Shown one piece after another: positions 14,015-28,151 of a stretch of 64,000 nt of DNA. Position 1 is the stretch's first letter. Each line of letters begins with the position of its first letter. The notes beneath the pieces are model-generated. The model saw only the letters and a program-made list of their open reading frames with translations. It was not told the origin of the DNA and searched no databases. Made by a program: the position numbers and the translations under genes. Source of the stretch: Octopus sinensis (Eukaryota); contig NC_042999.1 of the NCBI RefSeq assembly GCF_006345805.1, positions 24,242,001 to 24,306,000 of the forward strand, read 5' to 3'.

Positions 14015-14464
14015 ATATATAAATATATACTACATATATATATATAATTATATATATATATTATATACATATATATATATCTATATATATATATGCATAC
14101 ATACACATATATAGATACATATATATGTCTGTGCGAGTTTAATCCTGTTTTCAAGGTTCATATTTCTTTCTTATTAGTTTATATTGAATTTAGAACTACA
14201 GCATTGAAGAACCATTACTTCATTACGGTATCAAAATCTTCCCGGTCCTATGAAGTACTATGAGCTAGTCAACGCACGAGAGCAACACATGTGTGTTACC
14301 ATTACGTCATGCAGTTGATATTACCGGGTTAGTCTTGAAACGTTGAAAGACTAAAGGATTTGCAGAAAATTAAACATTAACTATTATTAAGAACAAGGAG
14401 AAAGATATTCCCTTATGGCTGCTTGCCGACAAACTTTTCTGCTCTAAAAGGATTTTATCCTATA

Positions 14465-14858
14465 CTAGCAGTATCGCCCGGCATTGCTCGGGTTTGTTTT
14501 CTTTTCGAGCCTTTAGAATTGGAATTTTTGAAAAGTAAACAAATTTGCATTATGTAGCTTGTTATTCTCTTTAAGTGAACATTTTCTGCTTGAAATACAC
14601 CGAAAAATGTCGACACAGCAGTCAAAAATCGTAAAATATAGGGATTTTCATAGAAAAAAACACATTTCTGATGTAAATAATTTTTGGTGTTAACATGGTC
14701 TGATTTTATGTTTTTCTTCTACGGAAGGAAGAGCAAACCTTCTTCTATCATACTCTCAATTTTGGTCAACTTGCGCTGCAGGGTCTCGGAAGAGATAATG
14801 TTAGTTGAAAGCTACCAAACCTGCCATACACAGACAACTTCAGCTTTATATATATAGA
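14465..14858 (-). mobile_element. Non-autonomous Helitron, same family as 3980-4372
   Basis: A|TC start, subterminal hairpin, CTAG|T end. Colinear with first copy. Confidence 0.85.
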
Positions 14859-15617
14859 TATGCTGTTCTATCAGTATTTACGCGTTCAAAAAAAATATTT
14901 CTACTTGTTCTACACAACATTTCAACGCTTCAAAAACATACTTATGTTTGTTTACATATGATGTATACTATTTAGAAATTATGAAAGCAGTCTTAATAAA
15001 AATTATTAAACACGAACATGGGCTTGTATTCAATACTAATCGTGTCAAAGAAAAACTTTATCCTGTTTACACAAGTACGTACATCTATACATATGCGTGT
15101 GCTATGTATATATGATTGCAGATGATGACAACATATATACTACATGCAGATGCCACAATCCAGAACCCTGAACCAAATAACAGGATATCGTAATTCAATT
15201 CTTTATTGGTCAGATCAGAACATTTATACTTACTTCTTTGTGAACCTCCGTCTCTTCTAGCCTGTCAGGTTACGACCAATTACATGCTTCAAATCACTGA
15301 CCTCGTACCTAGTTCTACATTTTTGGTCAACTATACACCGTTGTAACTGGTATGATTTAGCCCTGAGGAAGATAAATGGTATCAGTCTATTTGCTACGTT
15401 ATTAGTCGATTGATAATGTAATTGTTATATTAGGGGTGCTTCTTCTATGGTACTCTGTAACTCCCAACCTAATTTAGTTGGTGACTAAGTTTGGCTTTAC
15501 AAATCGGGCTAGTGCTGATTTGATATACTACGGGTGATGTGGATTACTACATCTTAAACATGTCAATTCTCTTAACCTGGTTCATATCCTTCGTCCGATT
15601 TTGTAATCCTTTTTTCT

Positions 15618-15682
<65 letters not shown>

Positions 15683-15683
<1 letters not shown>

Positions 15684-15955
15684 GGAGCGCAATGGCCCAG
15701 TGGTTAGGATCGCGGTTTCGATTCCCAGACCGGGCGTTTGTGAGTGTTTTATTGAGCGAAACACCTAAAGCTCCACGAGGCTCCAGCAGGGGGTGGTTAT
15801 CCCTGCTGTACTCTTTCTCCAACTCTTTCTTCTGTTGCCTGCTCGCTTTACCCAGCGGGGTGGCGTCATTCGAAAGGCTAAAACAATGCGAACGCATTGT
15901 GACCAGCGATGTGTAGCTACAACTGATGGACTGGTCGGTCACGTCATCACGTGAT
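15683..15955 (+). mobile_element. SINE family C head/body with tail type 2
   Basis: TGGCCCAGTGGTTAGG A-box, GGTTTCGATTCCC B-box. Tail GGCTAAAACAATGCGAA shared with 59634. Confidence 0.85.
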
Positions 15956-16061
15956 AGATATATATATAAGAAGATAATGTGTCATGAGACCCAAAGGTGT
16001 CAGATTCGGTAATATTGCGAATAAAGGGTTCAATGTTGGTTCTATGTCAGCGTGTGTATAT

Positions 16062-16197
16062 AAGAATTTTTTGCGTAATAAGATAAAAAACCGAAGCTGT
16101 ATAGATATTAGAGCATTTATAGATAGAAGGTCTATCTATAAATGCTCTAATATCTACACAACTTCGGTTTTTTTATCTTATTACGCAAAAAATTCTT
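16062..16197. repeat. Near-perfect palindrome, ~66-bp arms, 3-nt loop
   Basis: Arms differ by 2 substitutions and 1 indel. Flanked by TA runs. Confidence 0.95.
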
Positions 16198-16239
<42 letters not shown>

Positions 16240-16298
16240 TATGTGTGCTCCAGCATGGCCACAGTCAAATGACTGAAACAAGTTAAAGAGAGAGAGGA

Positions 16299-16345
<47 letters not shown>

Positions 16346-16399
16346 AAAGGAAAGGGCCCATTTTCAGGTCTCTATTAAAAATGGAAAAGTCATGATTTA

Positions 16400-17625
16400 G
16401 ACAATAGTTACTCGTTAGCATAATTTCCATTGCTTTCTAAAACTTCATTCCATCTGTCAACAAGCTTATAATCGCTACGCTTGTAAAATTGTTTAGGATA
16501 TGATGCGAAATATGAATCCAACTAATTTTTTGATGTCAACCTAAGACCATCAAATGGTGCTGTAGTCCCCGAAACAAATGCTAATCAGAAGAAGCAAGAT
16601 CTGGAGAATATGAAAGAGGAAGTAATATTTCCCAACCAATTTCTTTCAAGAGATCTTTGGTCAGTCGAGCTGTGTCAGGACGAGCATTATCATAGTGAAA
16701 GATGATATCCTTTCTAAGTAGGTTTGCTTTTTGTTCAAAGCAGCTTTCAAACGATGGCGTTGATCACAGTAGAGATTAACAGTAATTGTTTGATTGTGGT
16801 CTAATGAACAACAATCTAATAACACACCATACACTCATTATGAGCTTCCATCGATGAAGTCCTCCTCTTGGTTGTTGAACAGGTCTTCCTCCTCGACTGA
16901 TCCACGATCGACAGCATTTAACGTTATCGTAATGGATCCACGTGGAGGCGCGTGGCTTAGTAGTTAAGGTGTCGGCATCATGACCATAAAATTGTGGTTT
17001 CGATTCCTGGACCGGGCGACATGTTATGTTCTTGAGCAAAACACTTCATTTTACATTGCTGCAGTTCATTCAGCTGGCAAAAATGAGTAACGCTGCGATG
17101 GACTGGCGTCTCGTACAGCTGGGGAACACAAACGCCATAGAAACCGGGAAACCAGGCCCAGTAGCCTGGCTAGACTTTAAAAGGGCGCATTTATTTTTCA
17201 TTTCAAAGGATCCACTTCCTATCACATGCAACAAGCCCTCCTAAAAATGTTTCTTTACGGTGTCGTGAAAGCAATGACTGATAACAAACAACACGCTGTT
17301 TCAGATTCTTTGGAGACAGTTCGTTCGGTGTAGAACAGTTGTATGGGCTACGTTAGTCTGATCTGCAAGTTCTCTACAAAAAGCGGTTGGATTTTCTATG
17401 ACAACAGCTTCTAACTCTTCAGAATTAAGTTCCTTTGTACGACCTTCTTTTGGCTCGTCTTTCAAACTCAAAACCCCACTTCTGAAGCGAGAAAACCACC
17501 TCCTGTAACTTGTTTCACTCACTACATCATCCCCATAAACTCTCTGAAGAGATTTTGCTGCTGTGCTTGCATTAACACCTTTATGAACTCATAGAGTAAG
17601 ACATGTGTAATGTGATCTTTAGATG
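16400..17625 (-). pseudogene. Decayed DD34D mariner transposase interrupted by a SINE
   Basis: Minus-strand peptides RRWFSRFRSG (HTH), ACDRKWI, WIHYDN and HYDNARP...YSPDLASSD, with 34 residues between the last two catalytic Asp. Stops and frameshifts present. Confidence 0.9.
16942..17200 (+). mobile_element. SINE family D (~260 bp, CORE-like body; probably octopus OR2-type)
   Basis: tRNA head, CTTGAGCAAAACACTT...AAAATGAGT body. GGATCCAC repeated on both sides (TSD-like) within the mariner. Confidence 0.85.
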
Positions 17626-17814
17626 GGACGAACGTGGGTGCGAACATAGCAGGAGATGATGGCAAATACAATCAGAATCTGAAAGAACAATGTATAAATT
17701 ACTCATTGTGACATTCTTAAAACATTTCAAGAAGCACAATTTAAAATAAAGTACTATCTAAAATTGTGTGTGTGTGTTTGTGTGCGTGTATATATATATA
17801 TAATAATATATATA

Positions 17815-17854
<40 letters not shown>

Positions 17855-18148
17855 GCTTAATGAAGAAAAAAAGGAAGCTGGAATATACGAGAATATTGAT
17901 CACTACAATATTTTCGACCCATTCATCATCAATCCCTCGCGGGTGGGATACTGTATATCTGGCTTAGAAGTATCCTTCGGTGTAGATGTGTCTTCTCGGG
18001 TGATTTCAAGATGCATCTCGTTAAAATAAACTCTGTTTCTTACAACATATTTCTGCTTGGCTTCTGTGACGTCAACACTAACGTAATGTAGCCTAAGATT
18101 TTCTTTTCTCTTACATGTCTTCAAACTTAATTAATTATCAATTTACTT

Positions 18149-18234
18149 ATTCCTGATGAAGGGGTCGTTGTCAGTGTGAAACTAAAGGATTCCCCCCCTT
18201 GTTGACTAATGGACTCCAGAAACGGGTGTCGAAT
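18149..18234 (+). ncRNA. Type I hammerhead ribozyme-like motif (Penelope-like element type)
   Basis: ATTC-CTGATGA-A-GGGGTC...GACTCC-A-GAAA-CGGGTG-TC-GAAT: 4-bp stem I, extended stem II, 2-bp stem III, GUC site. Confidence 0.6.
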
Positions 18235-18725
18235 TGCTTCATATATGACATTATAACCCTCTATAAACATTTCTTCGGAACTCTTCTAAACTTTTAAATC
18301 CATCATTAGGAATTCTCACTACCGCCGATGTATCTTACAACTTTTAATCCTTATTTCAACGTCTTCTAACCTTACATATGATATAATTTTTAATCGCTAT
18401 ATCAACCTTTATTTATTTATCCTTTCCACGTATATTTTTACCTCATATAGCTCTTATTTCTATTCTAAATATATAGATATGTTCCTTGTCTTGATATAAT
18501 TTTATGTTATATGTATTTATTATGTTGATGTAATTCATAACTATAGAATGATTATATAAATGTTTGTCGCTTCTTAAACCAAGTTATATAATGCCTAAAG
18601 TTTCGGGTTAGACATTATGTCATAATGTGCAAGTTAATTAAACATGTGTAAAAACAAACTTTTTCGAAAGAAAAAACAAGATATATATATATATATATAT
18701 ACATGTGTGAGTGCGTGTGTGTGTC

Positions 18726-19096
18726 TTTTATATTTTCTTTTATCTTTTAGTTGTTGCGCTAACTAGACTGCATTGCAGGGATGGTGGGGCACCGTATTAA
18801 AGGGTTTAGTCGAACAGTTCGATCCCAGTAACAAACAAAAGATGTAAGCTAACCTACACCGGCTGCCAATCGGTTGTGGGGAACAAACACAATCCAAGCA
18901 CAATGACACGCACATATGTATATATACGAGCCGCTTCTGGACAATTTCCTTCTACCAAATTTTCTCACAAGGTATTGGTCTGCACAGGGCTATAGAAGGA
19001 GACACTTATCAAAGGTGTTGTGCGCAGATGGACTTGAACCCAAAACCCAAGTGGATGGAAAATAAGCTTCTTAACCACACATTCATATTTGTGCCT
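18726..19096 (-). mobile_element. Old diverged SINE family B copy
   Basis: Recognisable head, body and tail blocks. Confidence 0.7.
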
Positions 19097-19773
19097 CTCT
19101 CAGTTACTTTTGAAAGGAAAATCTTGATCGGCCGACCGAAAAAGAAAAACCTATTTTGACAGCATGCTAAAGGTTGATATGCATTCTAATCTACGATTCA
19201 AAGAAATGTTTAATATATTTATATGAATATCTAACTACATTTGCTTAAAACTGTTACCAAATGCTTACATGTTTCTGGCGGGGAACCATCGTTTGATCTC
19301 AACATAAATACAATATATCATGCTTAATCTTTCAGTTATGTTTGACTCTTGACCTTATATTTAGAGTAGGGTGTCATTTTTAAGCAAAATACATTTCCTG
19401 TTTTGAAAACACTCTGCGCATGTCGATCAGTGCTTTTTTGCAGAATGGCATGATGTCATAATGCGCGAGTTAATATAAAGGTTTAATTATACACGTGTGT
19501 CTCTAACAACTGTATATATATATGAGTCATAACATCGAAACATGATCGTTATAAGGAGATAAAAAAAAAACTGGGCGTTTTTTTCTAAACTAAATATTAA
19601 ACTAGCCATCATATATTATTCAAGAGGAGAGAAGTAGCCAATTTAGAATTCGTGAATACCTCCTTATAAGTATAACTGCATATATGAGAATATGTATATG
19701 TGTGTGTGTGTGTGTATATATATATTCACACATAAACACACACATATATACACACATACATACATATATACAC

Positions 19774-19806
<33 letters not shown>

Positions 19807-19897
19807 GGGGGAAAATTCACGAAAAAAACAAAAGACGAAGACAGATGGTGTAGAAAACAAACAGATGTATTAGTATCACGCTGGGGAATTGAAAAAG

Positions 19898-19935
19898 TCT
19901 TTTACGTTTCGAGCCTACGCTCTTTCACAGAAAGA
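19898..19935 (-). ncRNA. Degenerate minimal hammerhead-like motif
   Basis: TCTTT-CTGTGAA-A-GAGC-GTAG-GCTC-GAAA-CG-TA-AAAGA. Stems intact, core deviates from CUGANGA. Confidence 0.45.
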
Positions 19936-20815
19936 AACAAAGAGAGAAAAATATGTGTGTAGTGGCTACCGATCTATCATGGCGACTGCCATATATATAT
20001 ATATACACACACACATACACACACATATACACACATACATACATACATACTTACATACATACATGTATACATATATATAATATGTATACACACACACACA
20101 CATATATATAAGGAAAAGAATCTAAAAATGCAGGAGTCTCTTAAAATCATTTATTAACTTAACTGGTTTCATTTATTAAAACAGATTTTCAAAAGTCAAG
20201 TGTGCGATTTCGAATATCTTTTGTGGTGTCAAAAATTAGTTTACAAAAATGTATTCAAATCAAATGAAAAAATCTTTGACAATAATAAGGAAAGTTCTAA
20301 AGCTTTGTGTATCCTCTGTGATGAGTCGAGAAATAAGTTTACCTAAAAGCATTCAAATCAGGTAATAATTTTTAAATATATATAATGATAAGAAGATGAA
20401 AATCAATTTAGATGAATATATCCCGATCAAGTAATAGAGTTTTTGACAAGAAAATGAAATGAAACAGACCATTTAAAGGTCCCGGATCTGGTTTCTAAGG
20501 GTCTTGCATCTGGCTGGAATTTTACCAGTTATACGCAGAGTTGCAATCCTCCTGTGTAAAAACTTCCTTTTATCCAAAAATGATGAATGTTAATGATATA
20601 TCCCTTAAATACCATTGTCATAGAGTATTTGTTTTCAGGTGTAAAAATAGTGTGGGTTGCTGATGGTCACAGGTCACGATGTTGTTGACGATTGATAAGA
20701 AGGTTTTGAGTGCGTTTATATGTATCGCATCTGGCAGGAGTTTGGCAGTTATAAACAGAGTTGCAATTTTCTGTATAAAATCTTCCTTTTATCTAAAAAT
20801 GCTAAATATTAATGA

Positions 20816-20860
20816 CTTGCAGAGATACCCGGCATTGCTCGGGATTACAATGGCATAGTT
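20816..20860 (-). mobile_element. Helitron-like 3' terminus (third family)
   Basis: Hairpin CCCGGCATTGCTCGGG as in the 14465 copy, terminal CAAG|T. Confidence 0.5.
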
Positions 20861-20880
20861 TGTGTGTGTGTATATATATA

Positions 20881-21615
<735 letters not shown>

Positions 21616-22313
21616 GTGTACACATATCAATAGCTAGAAAGTTCGACATACGGCGACTGAGCCAGCAATAAATCCATGGATACAGTATGGCTAATCCTTC
21701 CTACTACGATTTCAATCCTATGGAATTCCACCGAACTGTCTCTGATTTTCCCTTCAGACGTCGACTTACAGCTGATCAAACTTAACTTTAACCAAATCAT
21801 ACGCTTTGCGGCAATAACGTATATAATTCCACTCCTCCTCAGTAAAACTACGAATGTATACAAACATACGCGCATACATTCATACATACAGGCATATATA
21901 TACGTACAGCGGTACTTATATACATTCTCACACATATGCAAGCACTAATCCAGGAAGGATAGGTGGAAATAAATCCTCACGCGAAACTTGAACTAACTAT
22001 AATCCGGACGATCTTAGTAATTTTGACAAATATCACTGGCTATAACAAAATGCCGTGAAAATTTGCAATACTTAAGGCTTCAAATTATGGAACAGGACCG
22101 ACAGTTTTTGAGGGAAAGTGGAAGTCTATTACATCGACCCATCAACTCAACTGGCATTTATTTCATTAAGCCAGAAAGGATGAAAGACAAATTCGACCTC
22201 GGCCGAATTTGAACTCAGAGCGTAAAAAGAAACGAATGCAGCTTAGCATTTTGTCCGACGAATCAACGATTGTGCCAAAGTACCGCCTTGTCTTGGGTGT
22301 ATATAATAGTTAT

Positions 22314-22884
22314 GTGGAGACGCAATGGCCCAGTGGTTAGGGCAGCGGACTCGCGGTCATAGGATCGCGGTTTCGATTCCCAGACCGGGAGTTGTGAGTG
22401 TTTATTGAGCGAAAACACCTAAAGCTCCACGAGACTCCGGCAGGGGATGGTGGTGATCCCTGCTGTACTCTTTCACCACAACTTTCTCTCACTCTTACTT
22501 CCTGTTTCTGTTGTACCTGTATTTCAAAGGGCCGGCCTTGTCACATCAACGGAACAGCTGCTCGTGAAATTAACGTGTAAGTGGCTGAGCACTCCACAGA
22601 CACGTGCACCCTTAACGTAGTTCTCGGGGATATTCAGCGTGACACAGAGAGTGACAAGGCAGGCCCTTTGAAATACAGGTAAAACAACAAAAAGGAAAGG
22701 AAGAGTGAGAGAAAGTTGTGGTGAAAGAGTACAGCAGGGATCACCACCATCGCCTGCCGGAGCCTCGTGGAACTTTTAGGTGTAATCGCTCAATAAACAC
22801 TCACAACGCCCGGTCTGGGAATCGAAACCGCGATCCTATGACTGCGAGTCCACTGCCCTAACCACTGGGCCATTGCGCCTCCAC
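22314..22884. mobile_element. Two family C SINEs fused tail-to-tail in inverted orientation
   Basis: Plus copy 22314-22543 directly joined to minus copy 22544-22884. Confidence 0.9.
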
Positions 22885-23298
22885 ACACACTATACTATAT
22901 CTATACTCACATTCACACACATAAAGTTCACGCGATGGAAGTGGCAAAAGGACGGCTGCAATTCTTCGTGTGTGGTGCAATACACGAGAAAGCTACATTA
23001 AGAAACTGTAAACAAAGATTTCATGAATAACACTGGTGCTAACTAGGAATCAAATCTCTCAGGCTAGAATCTCCATTGATACGAAAAAAAAAAAACATCT
23101 TGCACCTAACATATAAGATGCACAAACAAAACACTCAAGAACCAACACTAAGAGTAGGGAAACCAAGAACAGTGTTACAGGACAAAGTCCCCTGGTCAGA
23201 ATTCGAGCAGCCAGTGATCTCCGTGCACTTCACATCCACGTATACGTGCAACCATGTTAAAAACTTCACACCCAGACACTGAAATACATTAAAAGCAC

Positions 23299-23493
23299 GG
23301 CGATCCTTCAGTATACGGACCATAAGTACCGAAAGTGGCTTTGTTTACATTTCTGAAGATAACAGAAACCCTTTTCTCCCACCCCTAACCCTAACACAAA
23401 CCCTAACCCTAACCCTAACCACCCATATATATATAAAAAAACACTTTCTTGAAATGTATCCGGTACTTCCGGTACCTATACCGAAGTTACGCC
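23299..23493. mobile_element. MITE with 8-bp TSD, GG termini and internal (CCCTAA)n; Merlin-like
   Basis: TSD AAAAGCAC at 23291 and 23494. Imperfect ~23-bp TIRs GGCGATCCTTCAGTATA / TATACCGAAGTTACGCC. Confidence 0.8.
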
Positions 23494-24024
23494 AAAAGCA
23501 CCAACGGTTACAAATTTGGGACCACAAAACGAACCGCTTCCAATACTAAGGAAGCCGAAAACTGTGTTAGAGGACAAACTAACCCAGGTCAAAACTTCAG
23601 CTGCCAGCGATCTCAGCCCATCTCACATCTATGCGTGCGTGCAACCATGTCAAAAGCTTCACACCCATACACTGAACACTGAACACTGAAACACACTAAA
23701 AGGACCAACACTCACAAATTCTGGGACACAACGCTCAACAAAAAATATGAAAAAAATGAATATAAAAAATAGATATATTAAAATATAGAAAAATAAGAAC
23801 AAACATAAAAACAGACGATGAAGCTCCGAAAAAACTGGCACGTATACAAAATAATGCATGCACATTTCAGAAAAGGGGGAAAATCTGAATAAATATTTAA
23901 CTTGTGTAACTACCTCTATAAATATAGGCATTTCTTTCGATGTTTTATCCAATTACGATAACACTGATTTAAAATATTTATACAGATTTTTCCTTTCCTG
24001 AAGAGTGTGTACATTGCCTTGGAG

Positions 24025-24075
<51 letters not shown>

Positions 24076-24204
24076 ATATATATATGTATATATATATGCA
24101 TATATATGTATATATATATATAACTATATATATATTTATATGTGAATATATATATATAACTATATATATATATATATATATATATTGTGCATATATATTA
24201 TATA

Positions 24205-24258
<54 letters not shown>

Positions 24259-24502
24259 ATATATGCATATATATATACATTTATATATACACACACACAC
24301 GCGCGCGCGCGCGCGCACACACACACACACACACATATATATATACACACAATACATTCACACTAAGATTTGAAAGAAGATGTCTCTACTGTTAATATCA
24401 ACTGTGGATAAATTCTAAAATTGATGACTTTAGCTCTTATTTCTAGCAGGTGAATGCTTTTTAAGCATCATTACGCTTCATGCAAACTGATATATATATA
24501 TA

Positions 24503-24533
<31 letters not shown>

Positions 24534-25280
24534 ACATACATATATTCATGAGTGTGCATAAGTGTATGCGTATGTATGCGCATGTGTTTTGATGCGTGTG
24601 CAGGTGTGTGTGTGTGTGTGCGTGCGTGCGTCGCTTACTGGTCTAAGTCATTTGGGTGTGATCATACTGAGAACCCTATTTAGTTTCTTCGTCTTTACGT
24701 CCCGCTGCAGATTGTAATGAGTATCTCAACGGATCTCGAAGACAACTCTCTATATTTTCTTTTGGGAAAAATGCGTTTTTAAATGATTACACACGCTTTC
24801 TCTCAATTATTTGAATATCATATAACATTTCTGTAGACTCTTATGTCAATGATTCACAGAAATCTTCTGGAAAATCTTGGGTATTACGTTTCCTGTATGT
24901 GAAGATTCGGTAATATGTACAAAGCGGAAGTCTAGCATAGCTATTGTTTCAAAACACCATCTCTGAAAATAACTCGTCTTTTGAGATCTTTATTTCTCTG
25001 AGGATTTACTTTGTTGTAAATTGCCTCCAACACGAATTTTCTGGCAAATAAATCAACAGCTATATTTTATCCTTTACCAACCGAAGCAGAACAAAAACAT
25101 TATATTTTGTCTATTTTTATTTATTTCTTCAAGTTATTTGTAATTATAAAAACATAATGCTTTCTATCAATGAAATTTAAAATAAATAAATTGCGATATA
25201 TCTTTCTCAGTCCACACTGAATCCTTAAACAAGATTATTTGCTTGCCAAAAGACCGTTGTGGACATAAAATTAATTTGGG

Positions 25281-25525
25281 CATGACAGTATGGGTGTGTT
25301 CTTATGAAGCCAATTCCCACATGGTTTTGGGTCCAATCCCAGTATGCGGCACATTGGGCAACTGTATTCTATTATAGCCGTAAGCAGAACTATGTCTTGT
25401 GAGTAAATTTGCTGAACCGAAATAGGATGAAAGCCCGTCGTTTGTATGCGTGTGTATCTCTATATTTTCGCATTTGTCACCCAACCCAACTTCCCAGCCG
25501 ATGCTGGTTTGTTTTCATCCTCCGA
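25281..25525 (+). mobile_element. Old diverged SINE family B fragment
   Basis: TTGGGCAAC, AAGCCCGTCG and CCGATGCTGG blocks. Confidence 0.65.
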
Positions 25526-26699
25526 CATAATCATTGTCAAATAACTCAAGTGCCAAATTTCGTCATTTATCAACCTAACCAGTACAAAAACAATCTATCA
25601 TATTCGGTTAAACTTTTCATATTACCAAGTTCTTATCTGTATTTTTAGAAATGTTGTAATTGCTATAAATGAAATCTTAATTACAAATATTAGATTAAGG
25701 AACCTTTGTTAGTCATTAATTAACACTTCAAGAACATTATATTTGTGGGTGTAGCATTATCCACATGAGCAGAAAGATCGCACTCCGGACAGTTTTCTGC
25801 TAGCCACCTGATAATATTTTCACATTCGATTCCCAATTCTAATAACTTTTATGATATTTTACGTCTAATTATTTATTTTTATAATAGTGCTCACTTGCTT
25901 AGTAAATATTGCTTTCCTTATTTTATCACAGTCATAATCTATCATTTTTAAACAAACATCAAGGTAGCCCAACTACAAAGGGAAAGTAGTGTCTCAAGTT
26001 TTATCTTCCCTTCAAAGCAGCATAGAGATTTCAATTCAGCAGCAAGTTTTGCAGTGTGTGTGTGTGTGTGTGTGGTGTGTGTGTGTGTGTGTGTGTGTGT
26101 TCGCGAATGTGTGCATGTGTGTGAATGGGGGCGGATAGAGAGAACATTACAAATAATGAGTGAAATAAACATGAAATGAAAAGTTCATATAAATACAAGG
26201 ACATAACTATAGATGTATACGCCTCCGACTTTGATGACTCACAACATCCAGAAATCTGGATACTTTTTAACGTAATTTTTTACAAATACCGCTTAGATGT
26301 TGTGGCTTCAGATTATATAAGGATTTATGGGAAAGAATTTTTCCGAGAGAAAGGAGAGAGGAGTTTCAGAAAATTCACGCGATCCAAATGTTTTCCCTCA
26401 TAACTTTCAGGAAAATGGGTATTTTTTAATGAAAGTTTATACAAATACCTTTCAGACGACATAGGTTTCGATTATAAAGAAATTTATGAGGAAAATGTTT
26501 TCCGAGGGATGAGGAGAGAGGCGTTTCGGAACAGCTAGACCAAATAAGTTCGAACTACTCTGTTTTGATGGAGATTTTTCTCATTTTTATAAACCACAGC
26601 CTTCGAAATGATGGGGTGGGTGCGTTGCATCTTTGTATGAAAAAAAGTTTTGAAAGAAATTTTTAACACCCTCCCTGATCATCGCACTCCGGACCTACT

Positions 26700-27420
26700 T
26701 TGGCCAATTCTTTTGCACTTCAAGACCATGGGAAGAGCCTTTTCGGTAAAAAAAAAAAAAATGACCTTTTTAAAATTGTTAATATTTTCAGAGGGAAACG
26801 TGAATGATTTAAGGAGGATTTGGCTGTTGTTTCTAGCTTATCCAAAGAAAATTCTCCTCGTTTCTTTATCACTCTCGCATGTACTGATGTTTTTTGGTAT
26901 TTTCTCCCCATAAATACATTTATATACTATAAAAAATAAAATTTGAAAAATAATAAAGTTTTGAAACCTCACTCCCTGTTCCCGATTGTTTCTGTTTATA
27001 ATTTAAAATACTGGAGAGCCTGAGAAGATCATTGCTGGCATTTATCCACAGTGATTTTAAAAAAGAGTTACCTAAACGATAATTCATTTTAATAGCATAC
27101 TTTTCTGTGAGAAAATGTTTTTCTTACACACGTACACGGCTTCGCTTGATTGAGGCAGGAGTAAAAATTTAGATTACAAATTTTTCTTGTTGTTTATATT
27201 CCACCAATGGACAAAGCGTGTGCTATTTCGGCATCATCATTCCATATTGAGAAAACATCAATACATGTGAAAGTGAAAACGGAAGGTGGTTTGGATTGTA
27301 CTAGAAACAACAGCTAAATCTCCCTTTAATTCTTCACCTTTTCTTCTGAAAATTATGCATTTTTTTTTTACCGGAAAGGCTTCTCCTATGGTTTTTAAGT
27401 TAAAAACAATGGCCAAAATC
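26700..27420. repeat. Old inverted repeat pair (~140-bp diverged arms), probable decayed fold-back/DNA transposon
   Basis: 26700-26846 (GATTTGGCTGTTGTTTCTAG) versus 27289-27420 (CTAGAAACAACAGCTAAATC). Confidence 0.7.
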
Positions 27421-27941
27421 TGTCCGGTTATTATTCTTATAGCATTCCAAACAGCTATAAAAACGCAAATCACTTCTTAATTTATTTACAAAAATTATAC
27501 CAGTATATTAAAAAATTTCCAATCACTAAATAATGTTTTTACATTACTTATATAGAACAAAACTGTGAGTTTTGCAAATTGCGAATCAAAACTTGAAATG
27601 AAAACATTGAAATACAGAGTGAGAGACTTTGCAAATGAAATGAAATACTCTGCAGTAATTGCAACAAATAGTTAAATTTGTGAAAAATTGGAGTTCAAAA
27701 ATTTAGTCAACTTCAGAAATTGAAATTATAGAAAATTTCTTGGAATATGAATTTATAAAAAAATTCCAGACGGCCAAGCTCTTAATAATTGCTACTTTTT
27801 AATAACTGTCACATACGTAATTAATAAGTAGCTTTCCCATTACAATATAGCTAGGTTTTATTTGAATATGTTGTAAGCATAGAAGTGTGGTTAAGAAGTT
27901 CGCTCGCAACCACGTGAACCTGTGTAGAAGTCCGTCATGTT

Positions 27942-28011
<70 letters not shown>

Positions 28012-28151
28012 ATATATATATATTTTAACAACATTAAGGAACGGTCCTGATAGGCCATTCTACCCACTAGAAAGAGCAGCCAATACTCAAACCGCTAAAT
28101 AGTTGTAATTCAGAAATCAAAGGAAAATTAAAAAAACATTTACCCTATTCA

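Noticed and set aside
21627-21948. ORFs of 90-104 aa next to the inverted duplication
   Set aside because: No recognisable domain, and partly low complexity.
23381-23420. True telomere or chromosome fusion scar
   Set aside because: Only a few units, inside a TSD-flanked MITE.
24711-24909. Coding exon after strong acceptor CCCGCTGCAG
   Set aside because: Stops in all three frames and a weak donor (GTAATA).
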